Origin: Tubiluchus corallicola
Lineage: Eukaryota > Animalia > Priapulida
Reading direction: 5' to 3'
DNA: 64,000 nt
Assembly (NCBI GenBank): GCA_030141605.1
Contig: JAQGDQ010000471.1
Location: forward strand, 1-64,000
In this document: positions 49,064 to 62,556 of the stretch, piece after piece
Layout of the letters: every line of letters begins with the position of its first letter
Position numbering within the stretch: position 1 is the first letter of the stretch
Notes under the pieces: generated by a model
The model's input: only the letters and a program-made list of their open reading frames with translations
Databases searched by the model: none
Told to the model about the DNA's origin: nothing
Translations under genes and position numbers: made by a program

Positions 49064-51545
49064 TCAATGATGGTCGTCCTCCACGGGATAATAATGGTGA
49101 TATATTTTATCAGCCGCAACAGTGAGAACCATCAAACCGAAAGCGACTTTGAAACCTCGGAAAAACATCACCTTAATGCGCTGAGACGTGGTGCCGTATC
49201 CCGGATGCCACCTCCACACATCATTCCTGTAATGAATTGGCAGAAAAGGATAATTACCTTCCACAGTTATCAGGCAGCGACAGGCCTAGCTTTAATTTGC
49301 ACTCTACTCTGTCACCGAAAAGAATGCAAGTGTAAACTGTCCCGGAAATTCCGGTAAATTTGACCGAGGCAGGCAGAAGTCGTATCTGCAGTGAGCACGA
49401 GTGTCTTGTTATGCTTGCTATGTCTCTGAATTAAACTTCATCAGTGTAGTTTAAATTAATCTAGTTCTGTAAGAAGCTTCTGAAGGCCAATCACACAGTT
49501 CACACTTGCGTGTTACTACAGTATAATCTACTTGTAACTAGGCCTGTCTTACCGAACTACTGGTTATTGCAAACAAATTTCAAAGTTCTGCCAAATCTTC
49601 GTATTCAATAACATATTTAAACCTTACTTACAGTGAGCTATGATAATACGACTTTTTGCTTATAAAAAGAAATATAGCTGCCCCATGATTGTACTTCTAC
49701 TGCATATAACAAACGCGAGTTCAGAAACGATGTGATTGAAGCATGAACTGCCATCACCAAGGGTAAAAAGGTCGTGAACAACTAGGCACAGGAATTAAGT
49801 TATTCATCGTGCATACATCTATGCAAGACACACTCAGTTATCAACGGACCTGGAAATGAATGAATTACATTCACTGCAGGAGTTTAGGAAAGAATTTGCT
49901 GACAGTTTAACTAGGCGCACCTTAATTAGTTAAAATTTAAGCCAATGAGCAAACTTAATGGGATTTCATTTGCTGTTTCTAAGTAACTATTTAAAGTTTC
50001 TGTTATCTTATGTTTAGGGTGCAACTTTGGTAAAAATACTTGGGCTTTTCCACTTACAGTGACTTTGGCTTTGTGTCACCTCGATCAACTGCCTAGACGA
50101 TCAAAATTTTAGTTTCAGCACACTCTTTTGCCATTACAGGTACAATCACAGGCCCAGCTAAACAGGTTATTTAAATTTATAAGTTATAAAAACCATTTTT
50201 ACAATTTCTAACCATCCAGGTACAGTACGGATAAGCAATCAAAATTGCCTTATCTAAAAATTAATGTTGATTATGGTTAGATTAATAAAGTTTGTTTTAT
50301 AGTGTTACAATTAACGCAACGTAACTACACAAACATATTAGTTGTCAAGTACTATAAAAAGTAATCTGGTAACAGGAATGTGTTACGCGTTTCACTGTCT
50401 GGTTTATAGTTTTAAGCAACTGACCTCGACATATAACAAACTCGGTTACAGCAAGCAAATTTTTACGGTCCCTTGAAACTTGTTATAAGCAGATTATACT
50501 GTGTAAGGATGTCGCCATTCTAATGATACTTTTGCTGAGATTTGACTCGAGCCACTTATTATCACACAAAACACGTGACTTTATAAAGGCAATTTACAAA
50601 AGGAAACAGGCAAAATAAAAAATATTATTTTACTAAAATTAATGCAGTTAGCACTTCAACACTTTTAAGCAAAAATCAGCAACAATGATTTTTGCTTGTT
50701 TAAAGTTCTATTGTATTCACTTCTTATCAGGCCATTAGATACAATGAAATTGCAGTACAATATTACAGTGAACAGAGACTTTGTATAAGATTTTCTGTGC
50801 ATTAAAAATAGGAACAGGCAAATTTTTGTGGAGGCAGGCAGTTTTTTTAGCTGCCTGTCCCCATTTCTGGCAGAAAAATGGCTAAGTTCGACCTGGCCAA
50901 ACAACACCGATTGCTTCACTGTCACAATTTAGCCAAGTACAACAATAGATATATTCAACTGAGCCTTGTAGAAAGTCACATTGCTGAGCTGGGCTCTAGT
51001 CAAAAGAATTCTTGAAGCGCAACTACAGGCAAGTGCAGAAATATGATTTTCAATGTTTTGGCACAAGCAGCAACAAGATATTAATTTATACTGTTATTTT
51101 AAGAAATGAAGCTGTGGTACCATTTTTAAATATGGAATCGTCTTCCATTATCAATCAGTGATAGTAATAGTGCTTCATCAGTTAAGAATGTCAAAAGGCA
51201 TTTGAAAGAGGACAGTTTAGAAATAGTCACCGTCCAGGTCCTTATTTCTTTGGATAACGTATGGACCAACAAGATAGTCTATACTGACTATAGTATAGTA
51301 TAGTAAATTATCAGTTGCAACATCGGCATGCCATTATTTAAACTTATAGGTCTAGTAATATTAGCAATTCCCACGAAATTCTAATGACAGAATTAATGAT
51401 TTTTATAGTCATACCTTAGCCACGGGTTTTTAATGTTTTTCTGAGCTAGCAGTTCTCGTACTCTGACAAGTTCGGGTACATCGTTAACTTTGTACATTTT
51501 CCAGTCAGGAATTTTGATTTCGTGATGTTCTCCGTGCCCGCCCAT
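49064..51545 (-). CDS. NDUFB3: NADH:ubiquinone oxidoreductase subunit B3 (B12), 97 aa
   Basis: Exons 51545-51415 and 49226-49064. MGGHGEHHEIKIPDWKMYKVNDVPELVRVRELLAQKNIKNPWLR|NDVWRW...FFRGFKVAFGLMVLTVA...DHH. Confidence 0.95.
50418..50502. mobile_element. Short Tigger-like MITE remnant
   Basis: ACCTCGACATATAAC...CGGTCCC...GTTATAAGCAGATTATACTG. Confidence 0.45.
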
Positions 51546-51785
51546 AGGTTTACTTTCTACGTTGATAGATTTAGAAAAGTAAAACACCATCAAGATTTAA
51601 ACATTGACAGTGTGATAAATGTTAGACATATGTAAATTTGTAATAATTTCACGAAATTGAAAAGTTAGCTTTAGAGAGCAACCATTGGAAGTAAGGTATT
51701 AGAGTAAACACCTATAAAGCTTTTTATAGAAATTCTGCATAGTAAAATGTGTTGTACCACTCTATCCAGAACTTCAAGTCTGCAA

Positions 51786-51797
51786 TGCGCATGTGCA
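51786..51797. promoter_or_regulatory. NRF-1-like site upstream of NDUFB3
   Basis: TGCGCATGTGCA, one mismatch to YGCGCAYGCGCR, ~240 bp 5' of the ATG. Confidence 0.35.
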
Positions 51798-52398
51798 TAC
51801 AGTTGACAGAATGCTCCTTTCGCGGCACTCTCATAGTTTGCCTGAGAATTCTGTTCTAAGTAAATATCTGCTTTGACTGTAATATATAATATGAAATTTA
51901 TAATATTTAGTAATATAAAATAGTAACAGATGGCTCTATTAGACTGATTCATGTTTTTTGTCAGCTTAGACAGTAATATTGAATATTTGAGTATTGCAAA
52001 CTTTAGCTTGTTATTTAGCATTGTTAAGACAATATACATGCAATGAGAAAAACTGGTATAATAAATAAAAAATAAAATAAAAGTACACACTGGAAAGTGC
52101 AAAATTTATTAAATTTAATTATTAGTATTTTATTCGTTCGATTTGAAAGTTAACACACACAATTACAGATAAATGCGTGCATTTTAAAGTACAACTGTTG
52201 CGGGCAATCGTAGCAAAATCCGCTCCTTTTTTTCCGACATACAAACTAGCTCATCTCTCTGAGTAAGGTATATTGTCCCAATCTTGGTACAATAGGGGAT
52301 ATTTTTGTAAAACATTGGTTCAGTGCTGGTCCAACACTGTACGACAGAACTTAATAACCATAAATATATTCGCGCAATACTGCGCTTATTTATTGATC

Positions 52399-52403
<5 letters not shown>

Positions 52404-52439
<36 letters not shown>
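52404..52439. repeat. (TA)n microsatellite
   Basis: Direct observation. Confidence 0.95.
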
Positions 52440-52441
<2 letters not shown>

Positions 52442-52728
52442 TACAGCATTGGACAAATATTGTCATCGAACATTCAATATCATGAAACGCTTGGTTTATA
52501 CATATTTACCGTTCAAAAAATTGATGCAACTTCGAAGCAATAATTTAAAATTACTGGTTAACCAGATTCAGAGATTTTTCTATACTGTTGCAAAACGTTG
52601 TCTCAATCCATGTCTACAACATACACCTTCTGACTTTCATTGTACTTGTAAGATTCTCACATCATTACAGAAAATTCGTGACAAGGAAGTGTTAACTGTA
52701 CCAGTTGTATCAGCGACAACAATACAGC

Positions 52729-53238
52729 TTACACATTGGGTTTTACAAAAACAGTGTTTGCAGGGTCACTGTGTAGTAAATAATTATTGTCATTGTTTTC
52801 TGCTCCATCCGTGCCGTAGACACGAAGTCCACTATCTACATATCCCAGGCTGAAGAAAAAGTCACTAAAACAACTGCCCTGTCCAGTTAAAAAAACTGGT
52901 AGCCGATGTTTCAAGTACCATGTCAGAGCTCCAGTCCTTTTGTTCACTGCATCACCATTCTATCTCCTTTCCATAACCGTGCTTCCATCAGTCCATATTC
53001 TAAACGAAGCTACAAATTCTCCACTTCCATATCCTGTCGTTCTATGCCATTCCATCCGTCATTCCGTTTCGTCAACTTTCGATAGCTCACTTGCGGGATT
53101 GCCACTTCTTTGCTTCGCCGCTGCTACGGCAGCTACAGCTTTCGGGTGATATGTCAATCTAGCAAGCTTGACTCTGCCCACCAACTTGCTGGGAGTCTCA
53201 TCAACACAAGTACAGATTAGGTTTCGTTTTCCATAGAC
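52729..53238 (-). pseudogene. Coding-like relic of unknown origin
   Basis: About 170 codons in one frame with only two internal stops, behind an acceptor-like TTGTTAATATAG. Confidence 0.3.
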
Positions 53239-55067
53239 TATATTAACAAGTCATTGTGTCTCCAATTAAAACGCATGAGGCTGTTTCACAATACAGTATA
53301 AATCAAAACATTTTAATTAATTTCGCCAAAAAACGTTCAAATTGAGCATTGTGGAAAGACTTTAGAGGTGCCTGCCACAAGATATGCGGAAGAACCAAGT
53401 TTCAACTGCATAGACAGGTTGGAAAATTCACTTCTGGACGACCTGCTAGAATCACCTGTGTTGTGGCATTTTTAAAATAACAAATAAGAGGAAAGTATGC
53501 ATTAAACACAACTAGGTTACCTGTACCAATGTCACAACTGTAAAAATAAAGTGCTTCATCTCTTAAAGAAGTATTTAAAATTCAGATAATTTCAAACAGG
53601 TTTCTTACTAACATTTAGAAATTATTCTAATTATTTAAAATAAAAATTATTAAGTAAAGCATAGTCTCTTTGGCTTGCGCAGGCATTTAAAACAAAAAGA
53701 CCAAGCTTGGGCAGTAGTATGTCTGATAGAGTACGAATATAGGACTATCGCAAAGCTCCCCCACAAAACATTATGGAAGATAATCTTTACACAGAACACT
53801 GTTTAGATTTGATAAAGACACGAATTAACTTAAATTATTATTTAATTCATTCTATATCGTCCACAAACGAATGATCTTTATACATGAGGCAAATCAGAAA
53901 TATACATCATGTCAAGTGAGATGTTTACATACGATCCACGAAAACAAAATTCACATTGGACTCTGGATAGGTCATGACGTAAACTAGTAGTACTATATAT
54001 AAAAGTATCAGTAAAAGAAACAATTTACACACTTTACTATAACCACGAAAGTTGAATGGAAATAAATATATAATTTATAATTGCATAAATATAGGTTAAA
54101 ATGAAGCGTTTTTTGGCATTTTTAATCTAACGAAAAGATCTAAGATTGGATCATTTGGGCAATTTCAATCTGTTAACAATTAACAAATTTATTTTAAAGA
54201 ATAGAGGTTATTGGTAAATTTGCTTTTAGTAGTGGAAAAATTTCCTTTCGGTATTCCTGTTGAAACAACTTTTAGGGAAAAACTGTGCTCGCATTTATGT
54301 AAATGAATAAAGCTTGCATGGGTGCATGCCAGAGAAATGCAATTTATACAACAGTATATCTGTGAATACCTGTGATGTACCGGGCGATGCAGTATACCTT
54401 TTTGCCTATAGTTTTCTCCATATTACTACTGACTAGTTGTGTGTACAGTAGAACAAAAAATTAATCTGTGGTTGTTGCTGGTGACATCTAGACATAGTGG
54501 TTACTGGAATGACTGTAATGACTATTCAGTATACCAAAACGCATTTTTTTATATGGAAGAAATTATTTACAAAAATGTAAACTTTGTTGCTTTACTCAAA
54601 ATGTTGACAGTTTTGACTTTGTTGTCAACAGCTCTGAGATGCTCGATTTGGAAAGAATATTCGAACTGGTCCTAACCCAACAAAATTAGCATCTGTTGTG
54701 AGCGTGGGGTGAGCGCAAAACTGATTTTAAAGTAAGGGCGTTACGTAATTGCTGAAAACTATTTTCTGCAGCTTGTGTCCATTCTACCTGCACAGGAGAA
54801 TAATTTTCTGTTAAGGCAAAAATTGTTGTAGCAATTGAACTGAACCGAAGTTAGACACAAAACTTCAGAAAAACCGAACATGCCGAGAAAAGGGCGTGCT
54901 TGAATTTTTGTGACGGCCTAGGAAAAGCTTGCATTTGCTGCACTTTTTTCATTTGTGTCTTAAAACGTAGGCTACGTATACAAGAATATCGGCCTTTTTC
55001 TAGGCAAAAGAAACACATATTTAAGTTTAACCGTTAAGCCTTTTTGCCTGATGCTGAAGATTAGATT

Positions 55068-55089
55068 TATTATTATTATTATTATTATT

Positions 55090-55125
<36 letters not shown>

Positions 55126-55130
55126 ATTAT
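55068..55130. repeat. (TTA)n(TTG)n compound microsatellite
   Basis: Direct observation. Confidence 0.95.
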
Positions 55131-55654
55131 TTATTTTAATAAAAACAAATATATACAAGGTGTCCCTCTGTTTGCAGGGAGTTGATTTACATGTAAATAA
55201 AATTTGAATACATTAAGACATATCACAGATATAGAGTTACATAAATAAAAGGTTGACTGATAATGTATCACAAATGCACACGACATTAATTTAAAATTAA
55301 ACAAAGCTGATTGGCAGACAACACCAGTACAGGCTACATTTACAATGTTGATTACACAGTTTTTATAGGCCTAACTTGTTTAATGGAAATTTCAATACTT
55401 CTATCGAATTACATGGAGATTGACAGATACCAAAACAGAGATACAGAGAAATAATTTAAGTTGAACAAAGCTGTCTTACATACATAATTATGTAAGTAAA
55501 TCAGAAGATCAGAAGACGACGGGCCCAATCAGAAGATTTCATCATGAAGTCATCGATCTAGCCACGAGAATGGTAATGTATACAAACTCGAGCACTCGGT
55601 ATATTCAGGAACTGATCTTTCTCTTACCCAAACGAACAATTGACTGCAGCAAAA

Positions 55655-55790
55655 GATGGAATATAAGCGCTGGTAAAAATACCTTTAATTCCCAGTGCTT
55701 GTTCCAACTCTTTGGCAAGCACTGAAATAAAGTGAACTTCATTATCAAATAAAAACTCGCGAGGGATTCCATACCTGCAGCAAAACTGTA
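55655..55790 (-). mobile_element. Retroviral-type (Gypsy/Ginger-like) integrase core fragment
   Basis: FCCRYGIPREFLFDNEVHFISVLAKELEQALGIKGIFTSAYIP matches the rve pattern RYGxPxxIxSDNGxxF...LGIK...TSAYHP. Confidence 0.75.
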
Positions 55791-56166
55791 ACAAGGTATG
55801 CTTTTTGTTTCTTAAGTTATCGTAGGCATCAGGGTATCTAGTAGCGGTATCAGGGTATCAATGACCAGCAGGTTATAATGGAGTTCTTCACATAGGGCCA
55901 ATAACATCCATTCCTAAAGTATGAATGGGCAGGTCTGGAATGGGAAATTGATTCAACTTGGCTCTGTAAAATTGTTGGAAGGCCAAGCATAAACGACAAT
56001 AATGACAGATGCTTATAAGTATAGTAATAAAATTTAAATACAGATAAGGCTAAAAGTGTTTTAAAGGGCTGAAAAGAGTTCTGCTTGTCTATGCTTCTGA
56101 TTCTAAAGAATCTTGTTTTCCGAAGATTGAATAAACTCATGCTAATTGTTGAGTAATAATAAAGTA

Positions 56167-56316
56167 CCTGTTAAATAAACAAACAACTTTTATCTTTGGC
56201 TCAAGGTAACGTACATCCGTCTTTATTTTTTTCCAAGAATCACCTTATTTATTAAGCAAGATTGCGTTGCCTGTTAAGCAAACAAACAACTTTTATCTGT
56301 GACTCAAGGTAACGTA
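56167..56316. repeat. ~47-bp direct repeat pair
   Basis: CCTGTTAA..AAACAAACAACTTTTATCT.TG.CTCAAGGTAACGTA occurs twice. Confidence 0.8.
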
Positions 56317-57564
56317 ACGCCTGCACTTTCTCACACACTGACGCTGCTTCTATAGTTCATAGTTGCCAGGGTTATTCTACTGCATTCTATTGGTCAGAGG
56401 TGGACTGTTCTGCCCACGTTTGAGGTATACGATCTGCCCACTGATATTGAACTGATTATCGTGTACCAGTGTGAAGGATTTAACAAAAAATTATATGGAA
56501 CATCTTAGTTTCAAGTAACCTTAATTGCTAGATTATTAACTTATGCATCAGTAAGATAAATTTTTGACTAGAAATATCGTCAAAGTGATTAGTGCTGACG
56601 GCTCGTTAGTGCTATAAGTATGGAGACAATATTTCGGTTAGGAAATGATGTTTAGCTAGGAGATAAGGGCTAGAGGCCGCAGTTCTTTCGCCCGGGACAA
56701 CAGCTTTATTAAACAGTTCAAGAACAAACATGACCCGTTATAGCAGGGTCAGTATAACGGAATAAATTGCACTACACCAAAAAATTGCAGGAAAACGTTT
56801 TTTTTGTGTTCTCCTGTAGTGTATGGTCTAGAGAACAACATAGCCAAAATAGGTCGTAATTTGAGGACCGGTAAGTGTCTAATTATGACGTCAAAAATGG
56901 CGGCCGCCATTTAGCCAAAATGAATGGGTATTTAGTCTAAAGGAATGGTGAACTGAATTAAATTGAGTTTATTGACCATGAACATTTCAGTTAACAATTA
57001 CGAGTTTAATATGTTATGGAGTAACACATTATACTCTATTTGATTACATTAGTCCAGTTAAGATAGTGAACGTGCGATCATCATTAATTCATCAGATGGT
57101 AATTTATAACGTGCACTGAATTACCAATACAGCGAAATATATCACAGTTACAGGCATATATGGAGAATTTTAGCTACTGCATCAATGCTAGAATTAACAC
57201 TGTTTTGGTTAAAAACCAATTGCAAATATCAAAGTTGATTGAAGGATATTCCAACTGAACAGCTGCCGAGAACTAGAGGGCGCTCACTCGCTGATAAAAT
57301 GCTCATTTTGACTCAAGATCGTGAAACTTTGCACAATACTAAAACCCATGTTCCGGCACCCGGTGGCGTGAACCTTGCATTTTTCCGAGTAAGTTTTTTT
57401 TCATTGACTTTCTCATGTTCTGATGGTCCTGTTTAAGAATATGAAGGGTGGCCTGTGTCACAAAATACCAAAAACATACTACTATTTTACATATACATAT
57501 TTTATAAATTATTTAAATAGAATTTTGAAGTGAAATTTTGAAGTAATATTAAAGATAGAAAGGC

Positions 57565-57935
57565 TGCGACGAAATTCAGAACTAGTGCTCATCGTTTGGC
57601 TGTTGAAACTGGTAGATATATGTAAGACCTCCTGTTCCAGTTGAAAATCGAGTTTGTAGTGTCTGCAATGTTGTTGAGGATGAATGCCATTTTTCTTGTT
57701 ATAGTGGACAAAACATAACGTTGCAGGTAACCGTATGATGAACACAGTTTCTCAATATGTTCCTGCTTTTAACGCGCTAACTAAAAATGAAAAACTGTTT
57801 TGTTTGATGCGACCACAAAACACTGTAATACAATGTGCAGCAGTGGCAAAATTTATCCGAACTTGTATGTAATCTATTGTATGAAATGTCTATTGTATTT
57901 TTGATCAGCCCTGTTGGACATATGTCAATAAACTA
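57565..57935 (+). mobile_element. LINE 3' end with C-terminal zinc-knuckle region
   Basis: KFRTSAHRLAVETGRY...ENRVCSVCNVVEDECHFL, then AATAAA. Confidence 0.8.
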
Positions 57936-58223
57936 TATATCTAGCTGCTTAAAGTACCAGACTGTTTGCTTGGTGGCAGTAATTATCAGATATGATAACA
58001 ACAGCGAAAAATTCCTAGTTTTTTGCCACAGGTAACAAAAGGTACATTATTTTTAATGGCTAATTTGTGAAAAAATGTCCAGTTTCCTTATGTTTGTGAA
58101 TTTGCAGAAACCAGCTTAGTTAGTTAAGTGTCGATTTTGAAAATTCATCAAGTTCAGCATACTGTCCACAAATGGGTAATTGCATTGATAACCAATTAGA
58201 TGCCATATTATCGACATAATCAC

Positions 58224-58692
58224 CAGCGGCGGATTATGATTTTATGGGCCTTAGGCTTCAGCTTGGAAAGGGCCTTTTAAATGTTGCTACACTGCTGAGC
58301 TGACGTGTTTTTGTGGAGCTCTCGTCGTTTGTAAGTCAGATATGTTGAAAAAAATGGACTTTTCAGAAATTATAACTGACTTTGCCCCCAGAAAAATTCG
58401 GAAACTGAAATTTTGAACTTAAACTTAAACTGTGTAAACGTGAATTGTGTAAACTTAAATTGTGTAAACTTAAATTGTGTAAACTTGATTTGTGTAAACC
58501 CGATTTGAAATATAGTGACTGACTTTTGAAAAAAAACTTTTTTCTATATTTTATTTTGGCGGGCCCCTTGCTCTTTTGTCAATTTATTTTTTTTTACAAA
58601 AAAAAATTTTTTTTCGTTTTATTTTGCCGGGCCCCTTTTGATCCCGGGCCTTAGGCTTCAGCCTATTCAGCCTATAGGGCTATCCGCTACAG
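58224..58692 (+). mobile_element. hAT deletion derivative
   Basis: 8-bp TSD ATAATCAC on both sides. Termini CAGCGGCGGAT/ATCCGCTAC. Retains a transposase C-terminus-like MDFSEIITDFAPRKIRK*. Confidence 0.8.
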
Positions 58693-59739
58693 ATAATCAC
58701 AAAACATTGTGCATCATAAGTGAACACTGACATACCTGACATACCCACAGTTTATCCGTTTCTTTATTACAATTTTTATTGACAACGACTAAGATGGTGT
58801 TGATCGTGATGCAGTAGCGCCATTTTTTAAGTTTAAGTAACAGAGTTGGGAAGGTAAACTGATGTTTGCTTCTGATATGGTTGTATTAAGATACGATATG
58901 ATAAATATTTGTTGTTCACATTGTACGCGTTTATATGGCTGATAAATCTTGTCTCTTTCTGTGTACATAAACATAGATTAGCCTGTTTGGCATCTCTACG
59001 TGCCTATCTATTGTTGCTTATAGAAGAAAAAATATCCCATTGAAAGACACGATTTGTTATTTTTATTGTATTTTGTGCATAAAACATAACCGTGCAATCA
59101 TTTTTCCTGGATTTTTTTCATTGTGCTGCAATTTTTCCTGGGCTGTTTCTATTTGGAATTCTCTTAGCATTTCCTGTGAAGTCTTTTCCTACATAACAGT
59201 GGCGTATACAATTCTATGAGAGTAACCACGCGAATGTGGTGCTAGCGAGTTTTTTTACAAGTTCATAAATTATAAATAAGTTGATTTTCAGTTCGCGTTT
59301 ACTGTCCGTGATTATAAATTAAATTCTTTTGATTTGTAATAAAATTTTGTGCCTTAGTTTTATAGTATCATCAGTGTACTCATTTTCCCTTTTGTCTGAT
59401 TTGTAGTGATGACAATGACTATTAAGTTGAAACGATCATCTACGCTTAATAAACATGTTAAAATTGTTAGTGGTTTGAACAATAATAATCTTTCTTGCCG
59501 ATGTGCAGTATTGTTTTTCCACTTCTCTTTCTCCACTGTAATAGCTGGCGTGCTCTAGTGACTAATTATTTTAAAGAGGTCATATAGTTTAAGAGTGGCG
59601 ATGATAATAGCTCTTAACGGGCTCTTAACGTGTTGCTAAGGTTTTCGATCAACTCAGATATCTCTACAAACTGCGATCATGCAGTGTAGGTGGCGTTTCT
59701 CTATACATTATATCATCATGTGGCGCATTTGGCAGTATT

Positions 59740-59912
59740 ACATCCGTTATCATCGTACAGGAACAGTACTCTTATCCATTGTATCATCGTGTCTCAAAAA
59801 TCGTAGGTTGTAAGTTCTTTAAGAAAGGCAGTCTTCTGAGTGCTTCCTGTATGCTGGCGTTCCTCAAGATTCTGTCATGGGTCCTACTCTGTTTCTACTT
59901 TCATTAGTTATC
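59740..59912 (+). mobile_element. LINE RT fragment
   Basis: AGVPQDSVMGPTLFLL (GVPQGSVLGP motif). Confidence 0.7.
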
Positions 59913-60089
59913 AGTCAGTGGATTCTTTCCCCGGGCTTTTTAGCCATGGATTTCTGGTAAAGAAAATTGCTTTGTGTTAAATATAGCTCCACTTGTTTTA
60001 AACAAAACATCAACAAACACAGCTTTCCATTAGTAAATAGTTTTTCTGTGCTTGTAATCGGTTTTACTTTCTGACTATAACCCCTTACA

Positions 60090-60410
60090 ATGATTCACAA
60101 TTAGTTTTGTTTGAAGCGATTTGTGTAAAAACGTCTGAAAATGTTGAACGTTGTCGCTTACATGTTGATGATATTGCTTTCGTGTTCAAGTTGTTGATAT
60201 TGTACTCAGGACTGGATTAGGCTAAGGATCAAAATTAAAATTAAATAAATAAAATTGAAATTTAAATGATAAAATTTAATGCTGGCACGGTTGTATTCTT
60301 AGGTGTGCATGTGAATGTACCTTTATCTAGAGTAGAATTAAATTCTGACCTCGTAGTAGTAAGGAACACCAGTCACGTGCACACTTGAGCTTATAAAAAG
60401 GGAAGGGCTA
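60090..60410 (+). mobile_element. Possible Penelope-like RT relic
   Basis: RLHVDDIAFV...IKF...VFLGV, resembling YVDD and FLDV motifs. Very decayed. Confidence 0.3.
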
Positions 60411-61312
60411 ATGTAGATCTTGTCAGTGGTCAGCGGCGTTTTCTTCAGTGTTTGTCTTACCTTACACTTTCAGGCTCTGACGAAAACGGACCGGCTCAGG
60501 CATTCCTTCTACATTGTTTGACATTTTGGTAAGCAGATTATGTAATATGCATAATATTAAATCGATTAGATTCGATAGTTTTGTTTTGGTTTAAACCAGC
60601 ACTGAAAGCAAAATATGATTGAAAGTGAAAACGTAGTAAGGCAGTGCTGACAACCATAAATAATTATTATGATATTTACAAACTGGTGAAAAGAATTGTA
60701 GAAGCAAAAATACGTTGCATTAGTTTTAGCGTGACGTCACTGGCATCTCTAAGACACGCGCAAAAGCAGTAAAACACAAACAATATGCTACTGTATTTTC
60801 TGGCTGAATTTACATAGCACCAGACATTCAAACCTACAGGTGTCCAAAATACGGAGATTCCACAAAAATTCAGCTAGGCTCGGGGTCTAAAGGAGCGATG
60901 TAAGTTCCCGTAGTGTGCCCTGGCCTTTGATGCTTTTAGGTATTGCATCATTTTTAAATGCTCATTTGTTTCAGTAAGTTGCCAGACAGCACGTTTTAGC
61001 TGTTTAAAAATTGCTCTGTGCGATTTTAGGCACTACAGGAAAAGTTTTTTCGCATTTTGGTAGAGTTTGCAAGTAAGTTCCTTGAGAAGAAAGATTACTT
61101 TAAACATTTAATTCAAAATTATTACTCATAATACAATGCGCATAAAATTTAGTTGTCGTTTGCAACTCAGCAACTGTTGTCATTTACCAATAGTTTGCTC
61201 ATATCGCGAATTAACTCAGTCTCAAGCTGAAAATTTCCAACTTTCTGGCTACTGACTGCAAATAGAGGCCTCGTTTGTATATACTCATTTGTATATATCA
61301 AAGTAATAAAGA

Positions 61313-61395
61313 ATTATTATTATTATTATTATCATCATCATCATCATCGTCGTCGTCGTCGTCATCATCATCATCATCATAATCATCATCATTAC
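61313..61395. repeat. (ATT)n(ATC)n(GTC)n(ATC)n compound microsatellite
   Basis: Direct observation. Confidence 0.95.
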
Positions 61396-61560
61396 CACTA
61401 TTAGTGGCATCAATACCGAAAAGCTTTGTGTAGATCTAAATTATTTTTGGCTCATCTATAAAACTTTCAATTATGTACAGTTTATACACATAACATAACT
61501 GCAGCAACTAGGACCTCAATGTTGAGCCATAAGAGACCAAATTTCACAAAATTAAAATAG

Positions 61561-61903
<343 letters not shown>

Positions 61904-62556
61904 TAATCAGAAATAGAAAAACATAGTAAAAGTACTGGTTTAAATAATAATTATTATAACGACAATTGATGATAATGATGGTGGTGGTGATGATATTGAT
62001 GATGATGACAATGGTGATGACTTCCACAGTTTTATAATCGTTGAATGACCTTACAGGCCTCTGTTCCATTTGCATTATATAGTATTAATGTTCTAGCAAA
62101 GTTTTTTGGAGACAGAAAATATTAAGTATGATATTTAAATAAATAAGTAAACGCATTCGTGTTCAAAGTTCAGAAGTACTGTCGGTCTTATAATTGTAGT
62201 TATGGTTTTCTTTTGTTTCGTTTCGAGAGGCCACTTTACGATGTTTTAACTCCAATACATGACATTGATGACGATTTTCACGGGCTGCGCTAGATCACAT
62301 CTTTATAATCACATTTCTGATCAGTGCCCTAGAGTAAGGTACATCTAATTTGTAAACAAATGGCGTGATTGTATTTAAATGCACTGAGTGAACGTAACTG
62401 AAACTAAACCTGCGGATATAATCAAATAAAGGATCACAACGTTTGCATATGTTTGATTATCTGTGTAAACACATGATCATGAATACATACGTATGATCAA
62501 CCAGAAACTCATAAATATACATAAATTAGTACCTTTATCGTTTATCGTTTTACAGA

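Noticed and set aside
54632-54708. Exon-like segment (ACAG|...|GTGAGC) on the plus strand
   Set aside because: All three frames contain a stop and no linked exons were found.
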